In this document: in pieces, positions 49,816 to 63,820 of the stretch
How positions within the stretch are numbered: position 1 is the first letter of the stretch
How the letters are laid out: each line of letters opens with the position of its first letter
Made by a program: the position numbers and the translations under genes
The notes under the pieces: generated by a model
What the model saw: only the letters and a program-made list of their open reading frames with translations
What the model was told of the DNA's origin: nothing
Database searches by the model: none
Assembly (NCBI GenBank): GCA_964658305.1
Contig: OZ210885.1
Coordinates: forward strand, 8,928,001 to 8,992,000
DNA length: 64,000 nt
Direction of reading: 5' to 3'
From: Leptogorgia sarmentosa
Lineage: Eukaryota

Positions 49816-51794
49816 CTTAATGTGTTAATGTCTCAAGTTCATCAATTTTCAAAATTCCAAAAATTCTGAAGGAATTTTCAAAAGCACATAATGCAGGGAG
49901 TTGTAGAAATTCCACCAGCTTTGATCAAATGTTGCAGATATTTCAGTGGGGTGGATCAGAAACACTTCACGTGCAGAAATATTCCTCAGGGTGGAATAAA
50001 TCAGGCTGGAATCTTCAGAAATTCCAATATTGAGGTGCCAAAATTAATTACTATCCTTACAGTGTATTTAAAACAGTCGATTGAAGAACCTAAAAAACTC
50101 TTTATCAGTGAAATTACTCAAAACCAGACTGAGACAGTACTTTGAGAGATTGTTACAAAGCTGATGTGCATTTAAACGTGCATTTATTGCTGTGTTTTAT
50201 ATTTCTTAGTATGCTTATATATTTATATTCAAGTATAGGAATACATTCACGTTTCCTATCCACTGCAAGCATTCAAGTATATATCTACATGAACACACTG
50301 CTTGTTGGCAATGGAAGTTGTGTTTCAAAACACTTTGCCGTAATTAGTAAATAATTTCACTAAACTGATAAGTGTGACAATAAATGCTACAAAGTGCTGG
50401 CATAAAACCATATAATGTGCCACGGTAATGCTGCATCTTAGCAGCTGAACTAATCACACCTGTCTAATATTACACATCTAGAGAGCAGCTCAAGCATGGC
50501 AAGAGTAGTTATGAAAAAAAAACAAAACCAATTGTCAAGCAAATTATATATGCTATATGGAGAAACAATCATCACATATGCTACATTTACAAGGCACAAT
50601 AATATGCAGCAATGTATTAAAATCCTCCAAAATGTCTTTTTGTCAATTTCTGGTTGTGTAGTTTTTACTTTTTGATCTTTTTAAAGAGAAGCAAAATGCA
50701 TGTAATATGGGGGTCACATATTGTGTCCCTGCTACTAATAAATCTTGAAGGGATTGTAATTTAATTCATCAGCCCACGAGATTAACATCCTTGTAATATC
50801 AAAACATGATTGAATTCTTGTGGTATAAAACAGCTATAAATATATGTAACACAAAACTTGTTTGCTGGGCAAATAATAGAATTGTCTTCACAATTTAACA
50901 AATTTATATTAAGCATAGTATAATTGTACTGAAAGAATGTGGGTTAGCAGAGCAAAAGCTAGAGGTTTTGGTGGTGTTTTTAGAGCAAGTGAAGGCACTG
51001 TGTAACAGGGAATGTTCTGGACTTATTTGCCATGCTAGGAATCACCAGCTAGGTCACAAACTACTGATGCAATATACAACTTGATGCATGCTGTACTACA
51101 GTATAAAGTCAATGATGATAGGGTTAGAGTTTCTATATCATTTATTAATGTTTGTCTGAACACAGCTCGGCAGTCACTGCCAAGAAATTTGTATGGAATG
51201 AGCTGGAATGCCTTAGAGAAGCTATGGGAAAAATCATTAATGAAGGGGCAAAATTAGCCACTGAATTCACTAAAGTGTACAGTATATGTTGTTATGAACA
51301 CCGAAGGTGAATTTTAGCCTACGTAATTGCTGATATTATTTCACTAACATTAAATCATGATTGTAACCTTGTCATATGAAATGCAGCTATAAATATTTGT
51401 AAGCAAATCTTGCTTAGTAAGCCATATTCCCCTCATGAGCAATTTCTATTACAATTAGTAATATCAGTATTCAAAAATTCCGTGTTAACAGAGCGAAAAC
51501 TTTTAGGTTTTGGTGGAGTTTCCAGCAAATAAATTCTGATAGGGATATAAACTCGCTTGAAATGGCAATCAATACAATCATGTATGGCAAAATATAAACG
51601 TACAGCATGAAGATTTAGCTTCCGGCTTTGGTCCTTCGCAGTTCGTTCATTATTTCGAGCATATTATACCTATTTGTAAACTTATTACGGTTGAATATAT
51701 TTGTTCCGTCATTTGTGTCGTTCATGTCTATCGTATTTTCCTTTCAACGGGTATATTGCTTTCCTAACACACGGCATCTTCGCAGCACTGTGAC

Positions 51795-52020
51795 GGGAAA
51801 TCCTACGGGAATTTCTTTGGTTTACTAGACATTTAAATCAAACTCACCTCGTTTGTTATCCCCTGTCCCACTTTCAAATATTCGTCAATGTAGTATGATT
51901 GCGCTTATATTGACAGAGAACGAAATACATGAAACTCACTGCTACAATAAAGCACAGACTGGCTAAAATATTAAAACTCTGAGTGTAATCAGAACATGGC
52001 TTGGGAAAAGGGGAAATCCC
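51795..52020 (-). promoter_or_regulatory. Putative promoter and 5' UTR exon of the HEPN-NB-ARC gene with NF-kB-like sites
   Basis: Strong minus-strand donor GAG|gtgagt at 51848/51847. GGGAAATCCC at 52011-52020, GGGAAATCCT at 51795-51804, GGGAATTTCT at 51807-51816. TATA-like AATATAAG on the minus strand at about 51904-51911. Confidence 0.45.
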
Positions 52021-55000
52021 TTTCAATTTCCGGCAGATTAAAATTCAGCCTGCGAGAACTTGAGAATGCCTTGGAAAATAGTTTTAAATTCCTTGAATTT
52101 TCCTTTAGTTTCTATCAATATGTCACTTCGATTTCTCTATCGTGCTACCATCAGACGTGAAAGTCAAACATATTTTATAACTATATTGTATACAAAGAGA
52201 AAATGACGGTAACACATCTATCTAAGGCTTAAAATGTCGCTAAATCATAAAATGTCCCCAGTGCCAGTGGATCGATTTTCGCCCTACTTGTCCGTCAAAT
52301 GAAACTCCAAATTTACGCCATTTGAACAACCAATTGTACTATATTGTGTTGTCTTTAAGGCAAACACTTCTGTTCCCGAATATAATCTCCTTTGAGTTTC
52401 AAAACGAAAGCGGAATTAATCTTTAGGCTATGACATGGCAGATTCCTCGCTGTTGACCATGATATCTATTTCTACTACATAAGTATACGCCTCCCATAAT
52501 TATCAATTGCATTGAGGAGAGCACTTAATAACATGTCAGGCTACCTTGACGCCCGGGTGTTCCTCGGTAATTATCTTCGGAATAATATTTAATTTGAATA
52601 TTTTAATACTCAATGCATTAGGTAATGTCGAGGGTGATCGGGGGACGATCGCCGCACGTTCCGAACAGTTTACGAACCCCGAGGTAGCCTGACCCTATGT
52701 TATTAAGTGCTGTCCTTGCAGTTAAATGGTTCATTTCAAAACATTTTTGGACATAGCTAATAAAAAATAGGTACACAACGCTACATGTACTGCGCCCAGC
52801 TTACTTAGTTATAAAATTATATATGGCAAATTGCGCAAATACCGATTCATAAAACTTGAGGTTGTCCTAGTTACAGTTTTTCAGTACATGATATAAGTTT
52901 CGTGACTACCTCGCATTCTAGAATTCGCGCGACCATATCAAATTGCATAAGACTCGAAACATGACGACATATGATAACACATTAATTTTTATGTTATTGC
53001 GTCTGTACAATAGCGACAGCGCTTTGCGATTGTTTGTGAAAAATGTGGCTTTCCACGGACCTAGTTTACCTTTTGTATGTACTTAAAACCATATTATATA
53101 CACAATATTCTGTTCATTCACGCAACATTGGTGTAGAAGACGGTAATATATATGATCCGTATACGCGTAGATACAAAACAGGATACTTTAGACTATATAA
53201 GATTTCCTTTGTTTTGTTTCACGCTCATCTAAATTGCACAAACTCGTTTTATTACAAAATACAAAATACAAGGTATTCTCCTGATTTCCTGGTGTTGAAT
53301 GTTTCAACAATTCTGTATGACGAGGCGTCAAAACATTTGCATATATTGCATGATCACTGTGACACTGCCGACAGTCCAAGCATGTACAAATATGTCAATG
53401 CCGACACGCTCAAAGTATCGTAGGCATGAGGTTACACGTTGTGTGAGGATTTTAGTTGCAACTTATATTTATAATATTCAAGACGTATTAGATTTCAATA
53501 AATATATGCAATTAGAACGCATCCCTGTCTTGTCGTGTCCCAGCTATAAAATCATGTAAATGCATAATATCACCTCATTACTACCCTCATTACAATCTCT
53601 AAATTTTTATCCTAACTACACCTGTCTACAGCATACAACTTAAACTTCATCTGATATACCAGAATATGATTTTTAATTTCTGCACATTCACTGCGGATCA
53701 GTATAGATAGTATCGTGCAAAATATAACGCGAAACCTGCTCAGCATAAACAATTTTGTGTGGCATTCTTGATCGGTAATCCCTTCGATTTGTAAGCGTGG
53801 ATTATACAGTCTTCCTATATTCTTGTTAGCATATTATAACCCAGCAAAAAATTGAGGAAGCTACAGCCCACTCTGGGCCATGGGCTCTGCTGCGCTTGTA
53901 GAAAATAGTTCCAATTTCTCGAATGATATTTTTAAAGACTTTGTATTCTAGTACCCTACATTGCAAAGGCATAGGAAAATATCCGCGAGTACACGCAGTC
54001 TGCATTCCGCAGTAATCGCATTGGCCGAGTCAAGCTAGGAAGGTTACATTTCGATCGAAATATTTTTAATACAGCAAATATCGTTTTATGTCATAACGTA
54101 CAGTCTTTACCGTGTAAAAGTACGAAACATAAAAGCGTAAAGATTTTTGTTCCATAACAATGATCTTCTAAGAATTTAATTGAGAAGAAGAACGCGTGGT
54201 GAACCCATGAGTAAACACACTGAATTGCAATCCATCTTGATAGGTCGTATTAATTATTATTCACATTTTCTGATGCCATACAATTTTATTTGTCAAATGG
54301 AAACCACTTTCTTGTTTACTCATCCTAACTTAATGTGAAACAAATTTCATACGCAGATCTTGATCAACGTATTTTTCAAGTTAAATCCTCACTACAATAT
54401 CACTTGAGTGGCAAGCTAAAACATTACATCTGGCAAATATCTGTCTCAACGCGTCTTTGCGCACAATACCTAATCTCAATGGCTTTGAAGGTCAAGTATG
54501 CTTGATATTATTGTAGCTACGATCTTTTGATCAGTGATGTGAGATAAAGCAAAAGAGAAAAACGATGTATTAAATGTTTTGGTGATTGTAATAAATGTAG
54601 TGGTGTCCAAAAGAATGAGGCCGTAGGTGTTATGGAAAATTCGCATTGGGAACATTTCTTTGAAGCCGCGACACACATGAAATGAAATAATGATATTTGA
54701 TACGAATTGTGTTTATAATGTGCTAGACTGACACAGCGAGCTAGCAACCGAAATGTTTTCAATTGCATGAAGCGCATAAAACGTCTTTAAGGCAACATGA
54801 ATGCTCACTCCAATAGCTGCATTTAGGGATGGAAAATAACCACTCATTCAATGTCGTCTCTATCAATCACGTTATTCATTTATAAGTGGAACTGCTAAAT
54901 CTTCTAGTCCGACTCATTTCCTAAGCCTAACCTCGACCTCCATAAGTCCATAAAGTTCCGCGTTTTTGTATCGCAGCTTTTCCAAGCCTGATTTACGCCT

Positions 55001-57106
55001 TTTTTGTGGATATTATATTAATTTATAAAATTTACTGTCATTTCTCAGTAATTTCTTAGTACACACCCCACTTCGTTAATTCTTGAGATAGTAACTTCGA
55101 AGCCAAAAAATATACTAGTGTAGTATGCTACTCAAGTTCAGTGACCTGGTCTAGCAGAAACATTATCTGTATGTATATTAACTATAACTCTGTGTATAGT
55201 AAATCTCAGTATGAGTCTATAAATCAGGATCAAGACCTTTCGGTGATTTCAACGAACAAAGGCAACTGATACTTGTAGGTGAATCAGCAGATATCTCACA
55301 TCATAACAGTGAGAATATTTCAGCGCATATTATGAAATTTCACACTAATAATCAGTCATTATAGCTATAAGTGCATTATATAGGAGCGATATGTAAAAAT
55401 TATGTTAGGTTAACCTTTTCAGTTTTAAAACCTACAATATTTTTGCAAATACTTCCAAATCATTCTGAGTCATGTCTCGTATTGCATATTTCAATAAATA
55501 TGAGTAGACCTTGTCTGTGCTTTTGCCTTGTCTTATGGTTATGCAAGCTATAACAATAACATGTGTAGGTATAGCATTATATAACACGCTGAAACGGGAA
55601 AATATTCAATTCGAATCCATACATTTATCCATCTTAGAATAATTCACATTTCTCGTATTGTATAGCATATTTTAAGATCATTTTGCACCACATTCCAAAG
55701 GCATTTGCGAGTGTACACAGTCTGCATTCCACAATAATCGCGTTGGCCAATTGACACTAGAAATATTATGTTTCTTACCTTTAATTATTTGAGTATGTCT
55801 ATCGCAACATTTTGAATAAATCTTTTCTTGTGCTATATCGTACGGTCTTTACGTTCAAGTACCAAACATAAAAGTGTAAAGACTTCTGTTCCCATACCAA
55901 GACTTCATTTAGTTTCAAAACGAAAGCGGAAATAAATCATTAGGCCGTATACGAAAAATCTTGCTGACGTGCTCACTCTTGTTGCTGCATTCCCGGAAGT
56001 TGGATATCAGTCATTCTTGAGATACGCGTAAAATATGGAAAAGAACAGCGAGCCATGGGAAAAGAGTTGAAAGAAAAGCCAAGATTGAAGGCATCATACA
56101 TTAAATGTCTGTAGTCTGTACGGTATTGAAGTTCAAGATCGCACTGCTCTTTTGAGTCAGGTAATTATAGAACTTATTCAGCTGGGTTTTTTTTATTATA
56201 AAGATATGTAATTGGACCTCTACATGGCGTTTTTGGTGGTTAATCCTGTGGTACTCGCAGGGTCTATAGGGACCGTTCATTGTTGAACTGATAATCAAAG
56301 AGTGCTATATTGGACTTTCCTTTGAATGATGTTTTAGGTATTTAGATCTGGTTTTATAGGTATGATCATGTATTGTGGGTATTAGGTTTTAGTTCTTTTT
56401 TTTATTTAGTCTGTCTAGGTGTTTAAAATGTCCAGCTAGTCCGTGTTGTAGTGTGTCGCCGTATGTTATAAATGACCAAAACACGATATCCGCGCAGGGC
56501 CTATATTATAAGACCGTCCTGCGAGGTGTTTTTTAGGAAGACACGCATATAACACAGATACACACATATACATATAAGTTTATACATTCCACGTGCACGC
56601 AATTAAAAAAGTGAAAAATAAATTCTACAATTAATGTAGTAAATTAAAAACTGTAAAAGGTGAGAGAAAGGCATTGTGGATATGGTTGTAGGATGGTATC
56701 GTGGTATGGCTGTGGTATTTATTAATACTAGGGAAAAGATGAAACCAACCTTCTGTTCAGGCAATTCCTGTAGTAGCTACCTTCAGAGGAGTATGACTGG
56801 TGAACAAGACAAGGAGTTACAATTAGTTGTATAACCGAACACATTTGTAACAGACCAGGGCATTGTGAAGATATGTAGCTACGGATCCATTGGGGTGACA
56901 AGGATCATATGTGACGATTTCATTACTTTAATAAACTGTAACATTTTACATATATCGATGTTAAAATCGGTGAAACAAAAATCTCAGCGACATTGTTCAA
57001 CTTGTCAACAACACACGAGGCATAAAAATAGATACGTCAAAAGTTCGAACTGGAATGCATTACGCAATATCAATTCAATTCATTCGTTGACTGTTGTTGA
57101 GATAAT

Positions 57107-57330
57107 ACTATGATGAAACATGTTAAAGATGTATCAAATTTTATTAATATCTCCCAGACACGCAATATAGCTTTTGAGGAAAATGTCCGCAACTATTTTC
57201 AAAGGGAAAGTCAGAAGAAACGGCTCGTAGATGTTTGTCGGACTAGATGGGTGGTCAGGGTGGAGCGTATATTGCTGGTTTGGATACATTCATTGAGCTA
57301 TTTGTCCGTTATCAATTTAGCTTTACAACT
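57107..57330 (+). mobile_element. hAT transposase fragment (ZMYM1/PRKRIR-like)
   Basis: 'FINISQTR...KKRLVDVCRTRWVVR' matches the conserved L..C.TRW motif of hAT transposases. Confidence 0.65.
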
Positions 57331-59479
57331 CAGATTTAACACCGACAGCCTTAAGGGTTGGGTGGACTAAGATGATGACTTTGAGAGAGAAAGGGCTAGA
57401 CATCCAATAATTGTTTAGTACAGCTCGCATATCGTTTTACCGACATCGACATATATAAATTTCAATAAAAGTTAAAATTCATTAAATTCAATTGAAAATT
57501 CAATCCAATAAATGATGGTTTTGAAAATCTGTATTTCGCGAAAATTAATGCCCTTTTTCTATTTTCGGTCATCGAAGTCGCGAAAATAAAGTCTCGCTAA
57601 ATATGGCTTCGACAAAATCGCGAAATTAAGTACGCGCGAAATTAAGTACGAATAAGGTAGTTGCTTGATAGCAATGCATGGTAATGCAAGATTTTAAAGT
57701 AATAAATTCCTCTGTACGTCATGGAATATATGCTCTAAAAATATATTGCTAGGTTTCGCTGAAATATAATCAACCATCTGAAGGGAAACTGATTGAAAAT
57801 GTCATTTTCATTTTAGTTGTCTTTCAAGCCAGGAAATGATAACAACAGACGGAGCAGTTACATACTTCCAAGTGTCAACATATGACTGGTCATTCGATGA
57901 TGGTCCGTTTGGCGAGATTGTTGGCATAAGCGATGCAAAGGAATGGGTAAAAAATGCAATAAGATCTTGCACCACATTCGTGAAAAGACCCAGGATGAAT
58001 CGATTTATCCAAGACACCCTTGTTGGTTTACCCAAAACTGACCACTGGCAAGGTTGCCTGAAAAGTAGGGTGGTGTGTTCCAACTATAATAATTGTTAAA
58101 GTTTATTTCAAACAAAACCATTCTTGGCTTTGTGTTCCAACTTCAAACTATGCCTGGTGACAGCTACCTACAATCTTGCTTGGGGGGGGGGGGGGGTACA
58201 TCATTTTTATCCAAGATTGTCTTAAGACTCAGATTTAATTTCTCTTACCATCAATTCATATAAATCAAATGTACATTATTCTCAAGCACTTAGTAGTGAT
58301 AATAGCACATTATTATTTTATATTATGATTATGTATAACAACATATCATCAATGAATAAGCAAATGCAAATTGTTATCGAAAAAAGGGACAATTAAAGAC
58401 TGAAGTGAAGTACTGATTTAGTTGCTATAAATAACTTAAATTGGAAGAATATGTGGTATATTACACTGTAGGTGTATTATCTATGCATCAGTATTCTTAC
58501 TGTATAAATCAAATTTTTGTCAACTAAAAAATAGTGTTATGGAGAGTATTGTTTGATATTACTGTAGGGGTTGCTACAACAATTGTAGCATGTTTTAAAT
58601 ATGATAAATATCTACGTCAAAAGATTTATTTATCACTGATAAATGTGTTATTATATTGTTAACCTATTGCATAATATATGCATGCAGCTTAAAGACTAAT
58701 AAAAGTCCAAGAACAAAGAAAATTTAATTGCCAGTGTAACTTACATGTTATAATTAAACCAATAACATAAAGCCATGTTACTAGTTTAACTCTTGCATGA
58801 AGGTCAATTACCCAAATTCGCATATTATTTTTGTTTTTCTTCCTTTTTTACATGTTATATTAGAAAATAACCCTAAAAATCATTTCTAATTTTTCATATA
58901 ATAGCAAGATTATTAGTAATTAGGTCGTTGTTCAAAACGTTTATCAGTGGAAAAGGCATTACCCTATACTGAGCACATTGGATGGGGCATACTTTAATAC
59001 AAATTGATATAGATGAATGTGTTGTGTGAATTGTCATATTTACGTTAACAAATCTGCGGGGAAATTCAGGAAATAACATTCAGCTTTTTTGTTACTTCCA
59101 CTGGAAACTGATGATGTTGTTTGTAGCGTTAAAATAGTCAAAGGAGGGTTCAATATTGGAGTTTGCCAAGGCTAAAAGTTAATTTCTATTGCTTTGCTCT
59201 CAAAAATGTTTACTCGGCGACCCACGCCCCTGCCCAAGTAGAATGTACCTAGTGCACTATCATGTAATAAATAGACGAAGGGGGGATGCCTGCAGGAATC
59301 GCTTTCATGTAATTTTCTACGCTAGCTCTATTTTCATGTAATACAAAGGAAAGCAAAGGAAAATAATATGGCTACTGCCGAAAACTCGCGTTTTTCTGAG
59401 GTTTCTGAAGAATTTTCTTGATACAAATAATTCTGGGTGTATACTAGAAACATGCGAGTTATTATACATTTAGTGTATA

Positions 59480-59596
59480 CTAAAACAATTAGACAACTCG
59501 GCCTTGTTGTCTATCAGCGAATAGTCAACTCGAACTTTGTCCTCGTTGACTATTCGCTCATAGACAACTTAACCTCGTTGTCTAATTGTTAAATAG
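59480..59596. repeat. Isolated hairpin, family G
   Basis: AACAATTAGACAA...TTGTCTAATTGTT imperfect palindrome with CTCG/CTCG bulges. Confidence 0.7.
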
Positions 59597-59847
59597 ACAG
59601 CTTTAACAAACACAACGCGACTTCAAAGAGGACGTGGAAATGGCGTGAGCACAACCATAAATGGCTGATTAGTAAAACTAAATACAACAGTATTAGAAGT
59701 TCGCTGATGTTTAGATAAAAAAACGGTAAAAAGTCTAGGTCTAGACGATTTGACGATTCCAGTCAAGACGAATTAGTGGGGGAAAAAAACCCTTGCTCGA
59801 AACGTCGCAGCTGTTCGTTAAATTTAGTTGCTGAGTGTAATGATATA

Positions 59848-60144
59848 TTTAACAATTAGATTACGAGCTCGAGATTTCTATGAGGTGATAGTTGATGAGG
59901 GCGAAGCCCGAATCATCTATCATCTCGTAGAAATCGGGAGCGAGTAATCTAATTGTTTTAGTAGAATCAGAGATCAAACATGAAAATATTGCAAAAAATA
60001 ATTTAAAACCGCGTCTCAGAAGACATTTTCTTGAACGAAAATTCACATATTTTGCTACTCGCTATCTATCGAGGAATAGATAGCGAGTAGAGTAGCCAAT
60101 CAAATTGCAGCATTTGCAATAGTATACGAGTATGATTCTACTAA
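59848..60144. mobile_element. Hairpin element family B (other copies at about 14473-14697 reversed and 47481-49160 interrupted)
   Basis: Palindrome with tip GGGCGAAGCCC; three copies in the window share sequence. Confidence 0.8.
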
Positions 60145-60639
60145 TATCCATTATAGTTATACAACTACACATGCTATACGAAAAATAAACTTCAGTGGCA
60201 CTTCGTGCTCGTGTTCCCACTGAATTTCTCGTTTCTCCCAAACTAGCTTCCACGCTGTTTCTATAACTCTAAGAAATATGGAAAAATTGCTTACTATTCC
60301 CTTTTTTAAATAGACTTTTGAAAATAACAAAAACAGTGTTGCGTTGTAGGGAAGGCATTTATATATTAATAGAGCTTTATTAACGACTTTTTAAACCACG
60401 ATCAAACCACGAATTATATCTACAAGTTTTGCACTTTGGACACATCGACTAAATAGAACATGTACAGCATACGTTTCCTTTCATTCGATAAAATTCTTTA
60501 CAGAAGCTCATATAACTAGTAAAGGATACCCTCATGCACCAAATATTTTTGTCAAGTCTTTTCTTGTACTTGTATGCAGCGAAGTCTAAGGTACGTCTAT
60601 ATTGTACGAATGTTCATTATGTGTGATGTACTCAGGTTC

Positions 60640-60760
60640 AGAATGTTATTGCGATATGTTACCATGAGTATATATCCACACCGGACAGGCTGAAAAATTG
60701 GCCTGGCCTCGGTGGGAATCGAACCCGCGACCTTTGTTTTGCTAGTCCATGCTATATAAC
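60640..60760 (-). mobile_element. tRNA-derived SINE fragment
   Basis: Minus strand has B box GGTTCGATTCCC followed by a non-tRNA body; no acceptor stem. Confidence 0.55.
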
Positions 60761-62599
60761 GAATGAATTCAGCCGCACCGATATAAAGACACATGGAACT
60801 TACATTAGCTTTCTTTGTATTCGCATACATAAAATATTTAAATGCGTTAGGTAGTTCAAACTGAAACGTTTTTACTCTTATTTTTCTCATTTCATGTAAA
60901 AAATTGTTTAACAATTAAAAACTTAGAAATTTATCCCACCTCGATGGTTTCGTTAACAAGATTGAGTATTCCTCTTTAAAATAAAACCGTACGTGTGTTC
61001 CTGCAATATTTTTTCTGTCCGGACTCAACTATTATGAACGCAGATGTATTCTCTGTTTCAATAGGGAGATTTATAATCGACAACTTTTGTTATAAATTAA
61101 ACTACATAACTGTTTTGACATGACAATTAAAGTGTCAAAAACCAAATTTATTAATTCCACACACACACACACATAAGCACGTACGGAATTTTGTTTTGCG
61201 AAATTCAAGAAATAGTAGCTAATAGCCTAATATAAAACTGCTAATGAACAGATAGCCTTTTTAAAATGTTCCCCTTCAAAACCCCGAGTAATTTTAGTAA
61301 ATTACGAAATAATAAACAATGTTAAAAAATAACACCTACCAATGTTCGATCGTATTGTTCTTTATTTATACATGAACAGTCTTTGCATGCTTTTAATCAT
61401 ACATATAATTTCGAATGCCGCGCGCTCCGCTAGTTAGTGTAGAATTAATTTGGTAAAAGATATATAGCACGGGCAGAATATAATTTTAAAATTTTAATTA
61501 ATGCTCAATATTAGTATTAGCAGAAATATGAAATGAAAAACATTTGCCTTGGGGACTGTTTTCATAGTAAAAAAGCCTGTAATAGTAAAAAAAATGGAAG
61601 CGCACAAAAGCAGTTGCGTGCCATTATTGAGGCAAATATTGAATGTGTAAATATAAACAAAGGCAAGTAATATGCAGAAATTAACATACGCTCACAATAT
61701 TTCAATAAAGAAACATCTATCTGGTGTAATAATTTTCTTTCCCCGAACATATAGGCAAAATACGTACTGGGGCCGATGCTGCATATTTTGGCTTCAAATT
61801 TCCAGTTGTGAGTATACCCTTCCAGTTTTGTCTCACTTTGGGATCACTTCGCGGCTTGGTTACCAAGCACTGATCCAATTCTGACTCTAAACAGAAAATA
61901 TTGTCTTTTTTTTTTCTTTCTGTTTTTCTAATCCAGGCCCAAACAGTAATTCTGACCCTAACAGCAAAATGCTGAGAAAAAAAATCTTGAAAAAAAAACA
62001 AACAAAATGAGAAATAAACAAAATGACAAAAAGCCAAAAAGCCAACACGCGATAATCGGACCTCCGTCGTCCGGGCGTAAGTCAGGGGCGAGGCCGGGTA
62101 AACGGCAATTTACTCCCGAGCAAAGGACAAAACAAACTGTGGACAAGAAAGAGGGAACAGAATGATTTTTCAACGAGCAAATCAATTTTATCAATAATAT
62201 ATCATCATATATTTCTTAAAATACAATTTTTGTTCTTTCAGTTTACAATTTTTCGCAGAGGTCCACAACGCCCCGCTGCGAAAGCCGCATTATCCAATCG
62301 GATTGCTTCATTTTTACGAATAAAAATGATCATTATCAGACACATCGCAACTTGTTTCAATTTGTTCAAACTGAACGGTTGTTAATAACGTCCGTAGGGA
62401 CATGACGTTGATATGATAGTTAAGTTCAGACTGTTATATTAAAGATTCAACTACGATATATTGGAGCATTCCATGCAGCTAAAAATTTACTGTATGGAGA
62501 GACATACCAAAAATTTGAAAACAAATATATATATATATATATATACTCTACTAAGGGCGCTTTCCATTACAGTCGCTTTGCCATCTCGTAAAAGTAAGT

Positions 62600-63820
62600 T
62601 GTACTACTTCAGAAACTCTCTGCTGTCGGAGCCTCGCCTGCCGTGGTCCAGTGGTTCCGGAGTTACCTATCCGATCGGACACAGTTGGTACGCATTGACT
62701 CGGTGCTGTCAGATCCATTACCAATCACACACGGAGTCCCACAGGGAGCGATTCTTCCGCCGCTCCTTTTTTGTATTTACATAAACGACCTACCTGGCGC
62801 TCCCCAATTCAGTCAGCTCGAGTCATATGTTGACGACTCCAAAGTTCTACTATCGTTTCCTGTAAATGACGTCAATAACGCCAAGACCAAGCTTGAAAAA
62901 GATCTACGAAATGTAGCCTTCTGGTGCTGTAAAAACGACTTGTTGATAAACCCCGACAAAACGAAGTTCATGCTGATTGGGACCAGGCAAATGATGAGTA
63001 AACATTCAGTTGATTTTACTGTTTCTTTCATGGGAAAGTCTCTCACTACTGTCGAATCGGCAAAAGACCCGGGAGTCTATATTGATGCGCATTTGACTTA
63101 TGACACCCATATCTCTCATCTGGTCTCCTCCTGTCTGTCAAAACTAGTGCAGATCAATCGTACCAAACATAGTTTTGATAGAGAGACCTTACTATTAATT
63201 ATTACATCTCTGGTATTCAGCAAATTGCTTTATTGTTCAACAGTTTGGGCAAACACATCAGCTAAAAACCTTCAAAAGCTTCAACTCATCCAAAACTTTG
63301 CCTGTAAAATCATCACAGGTGGCCGCAAATATGACCATGTGACGCCCTTACTCAAAGAACTAAACTGGCTCCCAGTCAGTGAGACACTTAAGTTTAGAGA
63401 TGCGATTATGGCCTACAAATGTTTTAATAACTTAGCACCTGATTATCTATGCTCTAAGTTAAAAAAAACGATCTTGTATTCACAATCGTAAAACTCGCAA
63501 TAATGATAACTTGCAAATTCCTCTGTTTAATTAAGCAAGTGGCCAGAGAACCTTCTCTTATAGAGCGGTCTCTCTGTGGAACAGGCTCGATGTAGATTTA
63601 AAAAACTCTGCATCCGTGAAAGCTTTTAAAAAGCTTTACTTGCAAAGACTCTTACAAGAATGAATGACTGTAGTATACTTGCATATGTTTTAGTAAATGG
63701 TTTATTGATAGAATTTAGAAACCTTATTTTATTTATATTCATATATTAGTTTGTAATTTTGTAAATAGTTACTGAAAAGCCTTTATAGGAGTAATTATTA
63801 AAGTATTACTTACTTATTAA
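62600..63820 (+). mobile_element. 5'-truncated non-LTR retrotransposon (CR1/L2-type) reverse transcriptase remnant
   Basis: WFRSYLSDRTQ, GVPQGAILPPLLFCIYINDL, YVDDS, DHVTPLLKELNWL. Frameshift near 63470 and a later stop; AT-rich 3' UTR with a TTAC-type tail. Confidence 0.9.

Noticed and set aside
53043..53559. Overlapping ORFs up to 126 aa
   Set aside because: AT-rich codon composition and no recognisable domain; likely spurious.
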